DNA from: the human T2T-CHM13v2.0 reference genome, Homo sapiens
Length of the DNA: 64,000 bases
Assembly (NCBI RefSeq): GCF_009914755.1
Contig: NC_060945.1
Reading direction: 5' to 3' (one strand)
This document shows, piece after piece, positions 1 through 13,900 of the stretch (its first letter is position 1; each line of letters starts with the position of its first letter). Under the pieces are notes generated by a model that saw nothing but the letters and a program-made list of their open reading frames with translations, was not told the origin of the DNA and did no database searches. The translations under genes were made by a program, and so were the position numbers.

Positions 1-3000
1 GAGAGGAATGAAATGGACTAGAATGTCATGGAATGGAATGGAATGTAGTGGATTTCAATGGAATGTAATAGAATAGAGTGGAATGTAGTTGTGTGGAGTG
101 CAGTGGAATGGAAAGTTGTGGATTGGGGTGGAGGGGAATGGTGTGGAAAGAATGGAGTGCAGTGGAGTGGAATGGAGGGTAGTGGAGTGGAATGGAAAGG
201 AATAGAATCGAAACGAATTGAATGGAATGGAATGCAGAAGACAGGAGTGGAGTGGAATTGATTGGAGTGGAATGTAGCGGAGTGGAGTGGATTGGAATGG
301 AATGCAAAGGAATGGAATGGAAACGAGTACAATGGAATGGAAAGGAACGGAATGAAGTGGGGTGGAGTGGAATGGAATGGAGTGGAATGCAGTTGAGTAA
401 AGTGGATTGGAATGGAATGTAGTGGAATGGAATGGAATGGAGTAGCATAGAATGAAATGGAATGGAGTGGGGTGGAGTGGAGTGGAATTGACTGGAGTGG
501 TATAGAATGCAATGGAATGGAGAGGAGGGCAGTGGAGTGGAGTGGGGTCAAGTGGAATAGAATGGAATGGAGACGAATTGAATGGATTGACTTGAATGGA
601 GTGGAATAAAGTCCAGTGGAATGGAAAGGAGAGGAATGGGAAGGAGTGGAATGGATTGGAGAGGAGTGGAGTACATTGGAATGGAGTGGAATGGAGTGAA
701 GTGCAATGGAATGGAATGGAATGAGTGGAGTGGAATGGAATGGAGTGGAACGGAGTGGAGGGGAATGGAATGGAGTGGAAAGGAATGGAGTGGAATGGAT
801 TGGAGTGGAGTGGAGTCGAATGGAATGGAGTGAAATGGAGTGGAGCGTAATTGAATGGAAAGGTGTGGAGTTGAGTGGAATGGAAAGGACTGGAATGCAA
901 TGGAGTGGAATGGATTGAAGTGGAATGGAATGGAGTGGAGTGGAGAGGAATGGAATGGAGTGGAATGCAGTGGAGTGGAGTGGAATGGAGTGGAGTGGAA
1001 TGGAATGGAGTGATATGGAATGGAGTGGAATGGAATGGCATCGAATGGAATGAAATAGAAGGGAATGGAATGGAATGGAACGGAATGGAGTGGAGCGGAA
1101 TGGAATGGAATGGAATGCAATGGAATGGAGTGGAGTGGAATGGAATGGAATGCAAAGGAATGGACTGGAACGGAGTGGAGTGGAGCGGAATGTAATGGAG
1201 ACGATTGGGGTAGAAAGGAACGGAATGGAATGGAGTGGAGTGGAATGGAGTTGAGTGGATTGCAATGGAAAGGAATGGAATGGAGTGATATGGAATGGTG
1301 AGGAAGGGAGTGGATTGGAAAGGAATGGAGAGCAACGAATTGGAGTGGAGTGGATTGGAATGGAATGTAGAGGAACTGAACGGAAAGGAGTGGATTGAAA
1401 TGGAATGGAATGGAACAGAATGGAAAGGAACATAAAGAAATGGAATGGAATGCAATGGAGTGGGGTGGAGGTTAATGGAATAGAGTGGAGAGGAATAGAA
1501 TGGAATGGAAAAGAATGTCACAGAGTAGAGTGGAGTGAGGACGACTGGATGGTAATTGAAAGGAATGGAATGGAACGGAGTTGAATGGAATGGAGAGGAA
1601 TGCAATGGAATGGAGTGGAATGGAATGGAGTGGAGTGGAGTGGAGTTGAATAGAATGTACTGGAATGGCATGGAATGGAATGGAATGGAATGGAGTGGAG
1701 TGGAATGGAGTGGAGGGGAGACAAACGGAATGGAATGGAATGGAGGGGAGGGGAGTGAAGTGGAATGTAAACCAGTGGGATGTAGTGGAGTGAAGTGGAT
1801 TGGAATGGAATATAGTGGAATTGAATGGAATGGAGTGGAATGCAATTTACCGAAATGGAAAGGAACGGAATGGAGTAAAGTTGAGTGGAATGGAATTGAG
1901 TGGAGTGGTATGGAATGGAATGGAATGGAATGGAATGGAGTGTAGTGGAGTGAAGTGGGTTCGACTGGAATGGAATTGAACGGAATGGAATGGAATTTAA
2001 TGGAATGGAATGGAATGGAATGGAATGGAAATGAATACAATGCGATGGGGGGGAGTGGAATGGAATGGAAAGGAAAGGATTGGAATGGAATGAAGTGCAA
2101 TGTAATGGCATGAAATAGAATGGAATGGAATGGAGTGGAATGGAGTGGAGTAGAATGGAATGGAGCGGAATGGATTGAAGTGGAGTGGAATGCAATGGAG
2201 TGGAATGGAGTGGAGAGAAACGGAACGGAATGGATTCCTGTGGAAAGAATGAATTGGAATGCATTGGAGTGGATTGGAGAGGAATGGAGTGGAGGGCAAT
2301 GGAAACGAGAGGAATGGAACAGAGTGGAATGGAGTTGAGTGGAGTGGGATAGATTGGAGTGTAATGGAGTTTAGTGGAGAGGAATGGAATAGAGTGGAAT
2401 GGAGTTGGATAGATTGGAATGGAATGGAATGCAATCGAATGGATTGGAATGGAATGGAATGGAATGGAAATGAGTGGAGTGGAGTGAAATGGAATGCAGT
2501 TCAATGGAGGGGAGAGAAATGGAAAGGAATGGAATGGAATGAGGCGGTGTGAAATGAAATGCAGTGGAATTGAATAGAGTGGAATGGAATGGATTGGAGG
2601 GGATTGGAATGGAATGGAGTTGAATGGAATATAGTGTAATGGAATGCAGTGGAATAGAGTGGAATGTAATATAACGGTGTGTAGTGGAATGGAATGCAAT
2701 GGAATGAAATGGAATGAAATAAAAAGGAATGGAACTAAGTGTAGTGGAGTGGAATGTAATTGAGTGGAGTGGAATGGAATAAATTGGAATGGAATGCATT
2801 GGAGTGGAGTGGAGGTGAGTGGAAGGGAATGGATCGGAATGGAACGGACGGGAATGGATTGGAATGGAATGGAGGGGAATGGAATGGCATGGAATGGATT
2901 TGAATGTAATGGAGGGGAAAGAAATTGAGTGGAATTGAGTGGTGTGGAGTGAAGTGGAGTGTAGAGGAGTCGAGTGGATGGGACTGGAATGGAATGGAGT

Positions 3001-5890
3001 GGAAAGGTGTGGAGTGGAAAGGAATGGAATGGAATGGAGTCGTGTGGAATTGAGTGGAAAGGAATGGCATGGAATGCAATGGAGAGGAGTGGTGCAGTGT
3101 TGAATGGAATGGAGGGGACAGGAATGGAATGAAATGGAATTGAATTCAATGGAATGGAATGGAATGGAGAGGCTGGGAGTTTAGTGGAATGGAATGGAGT
3201 TGAATGGAATGGAATGGAATTGAGTGGAGTGGAATGGAATGGAATAGATTGGAATTTAATGGATTGGACGGGAGTGGAATGGATTTGAGTGGAGTGAAGT
3301 GGAATTGACTGGAATGGAATGGAGCGGAAAGCAGTGGAGTGGAGTGGAATGGAGTGGAGTGAAGTTGAATGAAAGAATGGAATGGAATGGAGTGGAGTGG
3401 AATGGAATGGAACGGAATGGTGTGGAGTGTAATGGAATAGAATGGAATGCAGTGGAATTGAAAGGAATGGAATGGAATGGAATGGAATGGAATGGAATGG
3501 AATGGAATGCAGTGAAATGAAGTGGAGTGGAGTGGAGTGGAATGGAATGGAGAGCAGTGAAGTGGAATTTAATAGAAAGCAATGGAATGGAATGGAATGG
3601 AATGGAATGGAAGGGAGTGGAATGGAGTGGAATGGAATGGAATGGTGTGAAATGAAAAGGAATGGAATGGAATAGAATGGATTGGGAAAGAATGGAATGG
3701 AGTGCACTGGCATGGAATGGAGTGGAATGGAGTGGAGTGGAGAGGAGTGGAACGGAGTGGAATAGACTGGAATGGAGTGGAATGGAATGGAATGAGTGGA
3801 ACGGAATGGAATGCAATGGAATGGAATGGAATGGAATGTAGTGGAGCAGAGGGGAATGGAACGGAATGTAGAGGATGGGAATGGAATGGAATGTAATGCA
3901 ATGGATTGGAATGGAGTTGAATGGAATTGAATGAAATGGAATGGAGTGGAGAGGTATGGACTGGAGGGGAGTAGATTGAAGTGGAGAGGAATGGAGTGGA
4001 ATTGTGTGGAATGGAGTGGAATATAATGGAATCGATTGGAGTGGTATGGAAAGGGGTGGAGTGGAATGGAATGGAGTGGAGTGGAATGTAATGGACTGGA
4101 ATAAAATGGAGAGAAATGGAGTGGAGCAGAATGGAATAGAATGGAGTGAAATGGCATGGAGTGGAATAGAGTGGAGTTGAATGGAATTGAATGGAATTGA
4201 GTGGAGTTGAGAGGAGTGGAGTGGAGTGGAATGGACTGCACTGGAATGAAATGGCATGGAATTCAGTTGAATGGAATAGAATGGAATGGAATGGAGAGGA
4301 ATGGAAGGGAGAGTAATGAAGTGGATTGGAGAGGAGTGGAATGGAATGGAGTGGAATGGATTGGAGTGCAATGTAGTGGAATAGAATAGGGTGGAAAAGA
4401 GTGGATTGGAATGGAATGGTGTGGATTCGAGTGGTATGGGTGGAATGGAATGAAATGGAATGTAGTGGAGTGGATTGGAGTGGAGTGGAATGGAATGGAA
4501 TGGAGTGGATTCTAATGGAGTGGGTGGAATGGAATGAAATGAAATGGTGTGGAGTGGAGTGGAATGCAATTGTTTGGAGTGGTGTGGAGAGGAGTAGAGT
4601 GGAGTTAACTTTTGTGGAGTGGAGTGGAATGGAGTAAAATGGAATGGAGGGGAGTGGAATGGAATGGAGTGGAATAGAACGGAGTGTAATGGAGAGGAGA
4701 GGAATGGAATGGAGTGGAAAGGAGTGGAATGGAATGAAATGGACAGTAATAGAATGAAATGGAAAGCTATGTGATGAAATGGAATGGAGTGTATTTGAAT
4801 GGAAGGGAATGAATTGGAATGGAGTGGCGGAGAGTGGAGTAGTGTAGAGGGGAGTCGAAAGGAATGGAATGGAATGGAATGGAATGGAATGGAGTGTAAT
4901 GGATTGAAGTGGAATGGAATTTAATGGAAAGGAGTGGAGGAGAATGGAATGGAATGGAATGGAAAGGAATGGTGGGGAGTGGAATGGAATTGAAGGGAAT
5001 AAAATGTAATGGAGCGGAGTGGAATTGAGTGAAGTGGAATGGAATGGAGTGTAAATGAGTGGAATAGAATGGAATGGAATGGAGTGGAGTGGAGAGAAAG
5101 GAGTAGAGTGCAGTGGAATTGAGTGGAGTAGAATGGAGTCGAATGGAGTGGAATGGAGTGAAATTGAATGGAATCGATTGTAGTGGAATGGAGTGGAGTA
5201 GAATGGAAGGGAGGGGAGTGGAATGAAGTGGACTGGAATGGAACGGAATGTAAAGAAATGGACTGGAATAGAACGAAATGTAAAGAAATGAAGTGAAGTG
5301 GAATGGATAGGAGGGGAGTGGAGTGGAATGGTATGCAGTGGAAAGCAGTTGAGGGGAGTGGATTGGGAAGGAATATAGTGGAAGGGAATGGAATGGAGTG
5401 GAATGGAATGGAATGGAGTGGAAAGGAATGGAATGGAAGGGACTGGAATGGAATGAAATCGAATGGAATGGAATGGAGAGGTTTGGAGTGGAACGGAATT
5501 GAGTGGAGTGGAATAGAATGGAATGGAATGGAATGGAATGGAATGGAATCGAGCAGAGTGGAGTGGGGTCGACTGGAATGGAATGGAACGGAGTGGAGTG
5601 GAATGGAATTGAATTTAATGGAAAGGAATGGAATGGAATGGAATGGAATGGCATGGAATTTAATGCAGTGGAATGGAATGGAATGCAGTGGAGTGGATTG
5701 GAATGGAATGGAGTGGAATGGAATAGAGTGCATTGGAATGGAATGGAATTGACTGGAATTGAGTGGAGGGGAATGGAGTGCAATGGAGTGAGGTGGAAAG
5801 GAATAGAATTCAATGCAATGGAATGGAATGGTATGGAACGGAATGGAAAGGAACAGGATGGAATGGAAGGGAGTGGTGTGGAGTGGAATG
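1..5890 (+). repeat. Diverged GGAAT/GGAGT satellite domain 1
   Basis: Pentamers with frequent substitutions (GGAGT, GCAAT, GGATT, GTAGT, AGAAT); no CAACCCGAGT decamers seen. Confidence 0.9.
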
Positions 5891-7985
5891 GAATTGAGTG
5901 GAGTGGAATGGAATGGAATGGAATGGAATGGAATGGAATGGAACGGAATTCCATGGAATGGAATGGAGTGGAATTCCATGGAATGGAATGGAATGGAATG
6001 GAACGGAATTCCATGGAATGGAATGGAATGGAATGGAACGGAATTCCATGGAATGGAATGGAATGGAACGGAATTCCATGGAATAGAATGGAATGGAATG
6101 GAATGGAATGGAACGGAATTCCATGGAATGGAATGGAACGGAATTCCATGGAATGGAATGGAACGGAACGGAATTCCATAGAATGGAATGGAACGGAACG
6201 GAATTCCATTAAATGGAATGAAATGGAACGGAACGGAATTCCATTAAATGGAATGGAATGGAACGGAACGGAATTCCATTAAATGGAATGGAATGGAACG
6301 GAACGGAATTCCATTAAATGGAATGGAATGGAACGGAACGGAATTCCATTAAATGGAATGGAATGGAACGGAACGGAATTCCATTAAATGGAATGGAATG
6401 GAACGGAACGGAATTCCATTAAATGGAATGGAATGGAATGGAATGGAATTCCATTAAATGGAATGGAATGGAATTCCATTAAATGGAATGGAATGGAATG
6501 GAATGGAATGGAATTCCATTAAATGGAATGGAATGGAATGGAATTCCATTAAATGGAATGGAATGGAATGGAATGGAATTCCATTAAATGGAATGGAATG
6601 GAATGGAATGGAATGGAATTCCATTAAATGGAATGGAATGGAATGGAATGGAATTCCATTAAATGGAATGGAATGGAATGGAATGGAATGGAATTCCATT
6701 AAATGGAATGGAATGGAATGGAATGGAATGGAATGGAATGGAATTCCATTAAATGGAATGGAATGGAATGGAATGGAATGGAATGGAATGGAATGGAATG
6801 GAATGGAATGGAATGGAATTCCATTAAATGAATGGAATGGAATTCCATTAAATGGAATGGAATGGAATGGAATGGAATTCCATTAAATGGAATGGAATGG
6901 AATGGAATGGAATTCCATTAAATGGAATGGAATGGAATGGAATGGAATTCCATTAAATGGAATGGAATGGAATGGAATGGAATTCCATTAAATGGAATGG
7001 AATTCCATTAAATGGAATGGAATGGAATGGAATGGAATTCCATTAAATGGAATGGAATGGAATGGAATGGAATGGAATGGAATGGAATTCCATTAAATGG
7101 AATGGAATGGAATGGAATGGAATGGAATGGAATGGAATGGAATGGAATTCCATGGAAAGGAATGGAATGGAATTCCATGGAAAGAAATGGAATGGAATGG
7201 AATTCCATGGAAAGGAATGGAATGGAATTCCATGGAAAGGAATGGAATGGAATTCCATGGAAAGGAATGGAATGGAATTCCATGGAAAGGAATGGAATTC
7301 CATGGAATTCCATGGAAAGGAATGGAATGGAATGGAATTCCATGGAAAGGAATGGAATGGAATGGAATTCCATGGAAAGGAATGGAATGGAATGGAATTC
7401 CATGGAAAGGAATGGAATGGAATGGAATTCCATGGAAAGGAATGGAATGGAATGGAATGGAATTCCATGGAAAGGAATGGAATGGAATGGAATGGAATTC
7501 CATGGAAAGGAATGGAATGGAATGGAATGGAATGGAATGGAATGGAATGGAATGGAATGGAATTCCATGGAATGGAATGGAATTCCATGGAATGGAATGG
7601 AATGGAATGGAATGGAATGGAATGGAATGGAATTCCATGGAATGGAATGGAATTCCATGGAAAGGAATTCCATGGAATGGAATTCCATGGAAAGGAATGG
7701 AATGGAATGGAATGGAATTCCATGGAAAGGAATGGAATGGAATGGAATGGAATTCCATGGAAAGGAATGGAATGGAATTCCATGGAAAGGAATGGAATGG
7801 AATTCCATGGAATGGGATTCCATGGAAAGGAATGGAATGGAATTCCATGGAATGGAATCGAATGGAATGGAATGGAATGGAATACCAAGGAATGGAATGG
7901 AATGGAATGGAATTCCAAGGAAAGGAATGGAATGGAATGGAATGGAATGGAATGGAATTCCAAGGAAAGGAATGGAATGGAATGG
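5890..7985 (+). repeat. Homogeneous minisatellite-like expansion of (GGAAT)n-TCCAT palindromic units
   Basis: Almost pure GGAAT punctuated by GGAATTCCAT; about 60 GAATTC sites between 5946 and 7960 by hand count; sub-arrays with 35-bp (6206-6451) and 30-bp (7335-7425) periods. Confidence 0.93.
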
Positions 7986-10900
7986 AATAAAATGCAATGC
8001 AGTTGAAAGGAATGGAATGGAGTACACTGCAATGGAATGCAATGCAATGGAATTGAATGAAACGGAATGGAATGACATGGAAAGGAGTTGATTGGAATGG
8101 AATGCAGTGGAGTGGATTGGAATGAAATGGAGTGAAATGGAATCGATTGGAGTAGAATGGAACGGAATGGAATGGAGTGGAATGGAGTGGAATGCAATGG
8201 AATGGAATGGAGTGAAGTGGAATGGAAAGGAATTAAATGGAATGGAATGGAATGGAAAGTAATTGAACGAAATTGAATAGAAGTGAGTGGTGTGGAAAGG
8301 AATGGATTCGAGTGGAGAGTAATGGAATGGAATAGAATGGAATGGAATAGAGTGGACTGGAATGGAATGGAGTGGAGTGGAGTGATAAGGAATGGAGTAC
8401 AATGGAATGAGTTGGAGTGAAGTGGAATGGAATGGAGTGGAATGGAGTGGAGTGGAATGGAATGAAGTGGAATGGAATGGAGTGGAATGGAGTGGAATTG
8501 TATGGAGTGGAGTGGAGTGGAGCGGAATGGAATGGAATGGATTGGAATAGAATAAAATGAAATTCAAAGGAATGGATTGGAGTGGAATGGAATGGAGTGG
8601 GATGGAATGCAGTGGAAGGCAGTGGAGTGGAGTGGAGTGGAATAGAATGGAGTGGAATACAGTGAAGTGGAAAGGAATGGAGTGGCATGGAATGGAATGG
8701 AGTGGAATGGAGTGGAGTGGAGTGGAGTGCAGTGGAATGGAATGGTGTTTAGTGGAGTGGAGTGGAATGGAGTGGAATGCAACAGAGTGGAAAGGAGTGG
8801 AGAGGAATGGAATGGAAAGGTGGTGAGTGGAGTGGAATGGAATGGAGAGGAATGGAATAGAGTGGAATGGAATGGAGTGCAGTGGAGTGGAATGGAAAGG
8901 AGTGGAATGGAGTGGAGTGGAGTGGAATTGAGTGGTATGGAACTGCGTGGAATGCAATGGAATGGAATGGAATGGAATGGAATGGAATGATGTGGAATGG
9001 AATGGAATGGAATGGAGTTTGAAAAGAATGGAATGGAATGGAATGGAATGGAATGGAATGGAATTGAATGGAATGGAATAGAATGGAATGGAGCAGAGAG
9101 GAATGGAAAGGAATGGAATGCAATGGACTGGAATGGAGCGGAGTGGAGTGGAATGGAATAGAATGGAGTGGAGTGCCGTGGAATTGAACGGAATGGAGTG
9201 GAGTGGAATGGAGTGCAGTGGAATGGCGTCGAGTGGAGTGGAATGGAATGGAATGGAATGGAATGGAATGGAATGGAATGGAATGAATTGGAGAGGAAGG
9301 GAGTGGAGTGGAATGGAATGGATTGGAATGCAGTGGAGTGGAATGGATAGGAATGGAATGTAGATGAACGGAATGGAAAGGAGTGGAATGCAAAGATTGG
9401 AATGGAATGGAATGGAATGGGAAGAAATGGAATGGAATGGAATGGAAAGAAATGGAATGGAATGCAATGGAGTGTGGTCGAGAGGTTTGGAATTGAATGG
9501 AGTGGAATAGAATGGAATGGAATGGAATATAGTGGAGTGGAGTGGCTTCGAGTCATTGGTAATTGAAAGTAATGGAATGGAATGGAATGAAATGAAATGC
9601 TGTGCAGAGGAAAGCAACGGAATGGAGTGTCGTGCAATGGAGTGGAATGAGGTGGAATGGAATGTATTGGAATCGCATGGAATAGAATCGAGTGGAATGG
9701 AATGGAGTGGAATGGCGTGAAACGGAATGAAATGGAGTGGAGAGTAGGGGATTGGAGTGGAATGGAAATTAGTGGAAAGAAGTGTAGTGGAGTGGATTGG
9801 AATGGAATGTGCTGGAGTTGAATGGAATGGAATGGAATAGAATGGAAACGAATCAAATGGAACGAAAAGGAGAGAATGGAATGGAGTGAAGTGGAGTTGA
9901 ATGGAATTGAGAGGAGTGGAATGGAATGGAATGAAATGGAGTGGAGTGGAATTAAGTGGTGTCAAGTGAAATGGAATATAACCGAATGGTATGGAATTTA
10001 ATGGAATTGGATGGAATGGAATGGAATGGAAAGGAATAGAATGCTATGGACTGGAGTGAAGTGGAGTGGAATGGACCCGAAAGGAATGGAATGGAATGAA
10101 GTGGAATGGAGTGGAATTGATTGGTGCGGAGCAGAAAGCAAAGGAGTGAAATGGAGAGGAGTGGAACGGAAGGGAATAGATTCTTGAGGAATGGAATGAA
10201 ATGGAATGGATTGGAGTAGAATGGAGTGTAATCGAGTGGAGTGCAATGGAAAGGATTGGAATGGAATGGAGTGCAAAGGAGTTCAGTGGAGTGGCATAGA
10301 TTGGAGTGGAATGGAGTTAATTGGAGTGGAATGGAATGGACTGTAATGGAGTTGAATGGAGTGGAATGGAATGGAATGGAATGGAATGGAGTGGAGTGGA
10401 GTGCAATCGAGTGTATTGGAATGGAATAGAAGGGAATGGAGGGGAATGGAGTGGAATAGAATGGAAATGAGGAGAGTGGAGTGAAATGAAATGGAGTGGA
10501 ATAGAGTGGATTGGAAAGGAATGTAATGGAATAGTGTGTTGCGGAATGAAATGGAGTGGAATGGAATGCAGTGGAATGGAATGGAGTGAAGTGGATTGGA
10601 ACGGAATGGAGTGGAATTGAATAGATTAGAAAGGAGAGGAACGGAGTGTAGTGGAGTGGAACTGAATGGAATGGAATGGAATGAAAAGGGAAGGAATGGA
10701 ATGCAGTGGAGTGGAGTGGAATGGAATTAACGGGAGTGGAATAAAATGCAATGGAATGGAAAGCAATGGAGTGGAATGGAGTGGAGTGGAGTGGATGGGA
10801 ATGGACCGGAATGGAACGGAAATGAATGGAGTGGAATGGAATGCAGAGGAAAGTAATGGAATGGAATGGAGTGGAATAGAATGGAGACGAATGTAATGGA

Positions 10901-13900
10901 ATGGAATGGAATGGAATGGAATGGAATGGCGTGGAATGCAACGGAGTTGAATGGAGTGGAGTGGAGTGGAGTGGGGTGGAGTGGATTGGAATGGAACGAA
11001 ACGGAATGGAATGGATTGGAATGGAAACGATTGGAGTGGAATGGAATGGAATGGAATGGAGTGGAGTGGAATGGATTAGAATGGAATGGATTGGAATGGA
11101 GAGGAGGGCTGTGGAGTGGAATAGAATAAATTGGAGTGGAATGGAATGGAATGGAATCGAGTGGAGAAGAATGGAGTGGAGTGGAATGCAATGGAATGGA
11201 GTGGACTGTAATGGATTGGAATGGAATGGAATGGAAGGGAGTTGAGGGTTGTGGAGTGGAATAGAATTTATTGGAATTGAATGGAACGGAACGGAATGGA
11301 AAGGATTGGAATGGAATGGAATAGAAGGGAGAGGAGTGGAAAGGAATGGTATGGAGTGAAATGGAATGGAAGGGAATGGAATGGAACATATTGGAATGGA
11401 AACGAATGGAATGGAATGGAATAGAATGGAATGGAAATGAATGGAATGGAATGAAATGCAATAGAATGGAGTGTTAAAGAAGTGATTGAAGTGGAGGGGA
11501 ACGGAGTGGAATGGAGTGGAATCAAGTGGAATGGAAAAGAATGGAACGGAGTTTAGTGGAATATTATGGAGTGGAATGGAATCGAGTGGAAAGGAAAGTA
11601 GTGGAGTCGAGTGGAACGGAATGGAGTTAAATGGAATAGAGTGCTATGGAATGGAATGGTGTGTAGTGGAATGAAATGGAGTGGCATGGAATGGAGTGCA
11701 GTGGAATGGAGTGGAGTGCAATGGAATGGAATGCAATGGAATGGAATCGAATGGAATGGAATGGGGTGGAGTGAAATTGAATGGAGAGGAATGGAAGGAG
11801 TGGAATGGAATGTAGTGTAAAGGTATGTAATGTAACAGTGGAGTGGAATGAAATGGAATGGAATGGAATGGAGTGTTGTGCAATGGAATGGAATGGAGTG
11901 GAATGGAATAGAATGGAATGGAATGGAATGGAATGGAAAGGAATGGAGAGGAATGGAATGGAGAGGAATGGAATGCAATGGAGTGGAATGGAATGGAATC
12001 GAGTGGAGTGGAATGGAATGGAGTGGAGTGGAATAGAGTGGAATGGAATGGAATGGAGTGCAGGGGATTGAAGTGGAGTACTTTGGAGTCGAATGGAGTC
12101 AAAGGTATTAAATGGAATGGAGTGGAGTGGAAGGGGGTGGAGTGGAATGGAATGGAATGGAATGGGGTGCAGTGGAATGGAATGGAATTGAGTGGAGTAG
12201 AGTGGAGAGGATTGGAGATGAGTGGAGTGGAGTGGAGTGGAAACGAGTGGAATTGAGTACATTTGAATAGAATTAAATGGAATGTAATGGAGTGGAATGG
12301 AATGGAGTGGAATGGATTGTAGTGGACTAGAATTTAATAGAGTGGAATGGATTGGAGAGAAGTGGAACAGAATGGAATGGAAAGGAATGGAATGGTGTGG
12401 AGTGCAATGGAATGGAGTGGAATGTAGTTGAGTTGAGTGGATTGGAATGGAATATAGTGGAATTGAATGGTATGGAGTGGCGTATAATGAAAAGGAATAT
12501 AATGGAATGGAGTGGGGTTTAGTGGATTGAAATTGAGTGAAGTGGTATAGAATGGAATGAAATGGAGTGGAATGCAGAGGCTTCGATTGGAATCGAATGG
12601 AAAAGAGAGGAATTGAATGGATTTGACTGGAATGGAGTGGAAAGAAGTGCAGTGGAATAGAATGAAGAGGAATGGAAAGGAGTGGAATGGATTGGGGTGG
12701 AGTGGAGTGGAATGGAGTGGAGAGGAACAGAATGGAATGGAATGGAATGGAGGGTTGTGGAATGGAATGCAGTGGAACGGAGTGGAGTGGAATGGAATGG
12801 AGTGGACTGGAATTGAGAGGAATGGATTGGAGTGGAGAGGAGTGAAATGGAATGGAGTGGAGCAGAAAGGAATGGAAAGTTATGGAATCGAGTGGAATGG
12901 AATGGAGTTGAATGGAATGGAGTGGAATGGAGTGGAGTAGAATGAAATGGAAAGTTATGGAATGCAGTGGAATGGAATGGATTTGAGTGGAATGGAATGG
13001 AATGGAATGGAGTGGAGTGGATTGGAATGGAATGGAGAGGAATGGAGTGGAGTGGAGTGGAAAGGAGTGGTTTGGAATGGAGTGGAATGGAACGGAATGG
13101 AATGGAAGGCAATGGAAGGGATTGGTATGGAATGGAATGAAATGGAGCAAAGTTGAATGGAATAGAGTGGAATGGAATAGAATGGAATGGAATGGAATGG
13201 ACTGGAATGGAGTGGAGTGCAGTGGAGTGGAATGGAATGGAGTCGAGTTGATTGGAATGGAGTGGAATGGAATGGAGTGGAATGTAGTTGAGTGGAGTGG
13301 AGTGGAATGGAATGGAGTGCAACAGAGTAGAATGGAATGGAACGGAAAGTTGGGCAGTGGAGTGGAATGAAATGGAGACGAATGGAATAGAGTGGAATGG
13401 AATGGAGTGGAGTGGAGTGGAATGGAATGGAGGGCAATGGAGTGGAGTGGAGTGGAATTGAGTGGTATGGAATGGAGTTGAATGCAATGGAATAGAATGG
13501 AATGGAATGGAATGGTGTGGAGTGGAATGGAATGGAATGGAATGGAAAGGAACGGAATGGAATGTGGTGGAATGCAGTGGAATGGAATATAATTTGAAAA
13601 GAATGGAATGGAAAGGAATGGAATATAATCGAATGGAGTGGAGAGGAATGGAAAAGAATAAACTGGAATGGAGTGGAGTGGAGTGGAATAGAATGGAGTG
13701 GAGTGGAGTGAAATTGAATGGAATGGAATGGAATGGAATGGAATGGAGTGAAGTGGAATGGAGTCGACTGCAGTGGAATGGAATGAAATGGAGAGGAAGG
13801 GAGTGTAGTGGAATGGAATGGAGTGGAATATAGTGGACTGGGGTGGATAGGAATGGAATGTAGACGAACGGAATGGAGAGGAGTGGAATGGAACGGATTG

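Noticed and set aside
5940-7970. Palindromic repeats as CRISPR repeats, terminators or cloning (EcoRI/NcoI linker) artefact
   Set aside because: Spacers are just GGAAT runs and there are no U-tracts. The motif stays in pentamer phase and changes stepwise, which fits satellite mutation. An assembly artefact is not fully excluded.
5940-7970. Canonical heat-shock elements formed by the inverted GAA/TTC
   Set aside because: An HSE needs GAAnnTTC or TTCnnGAA spacing; here the spacing is 0 (GAATTC) or 4 (TTCCATGGAA).
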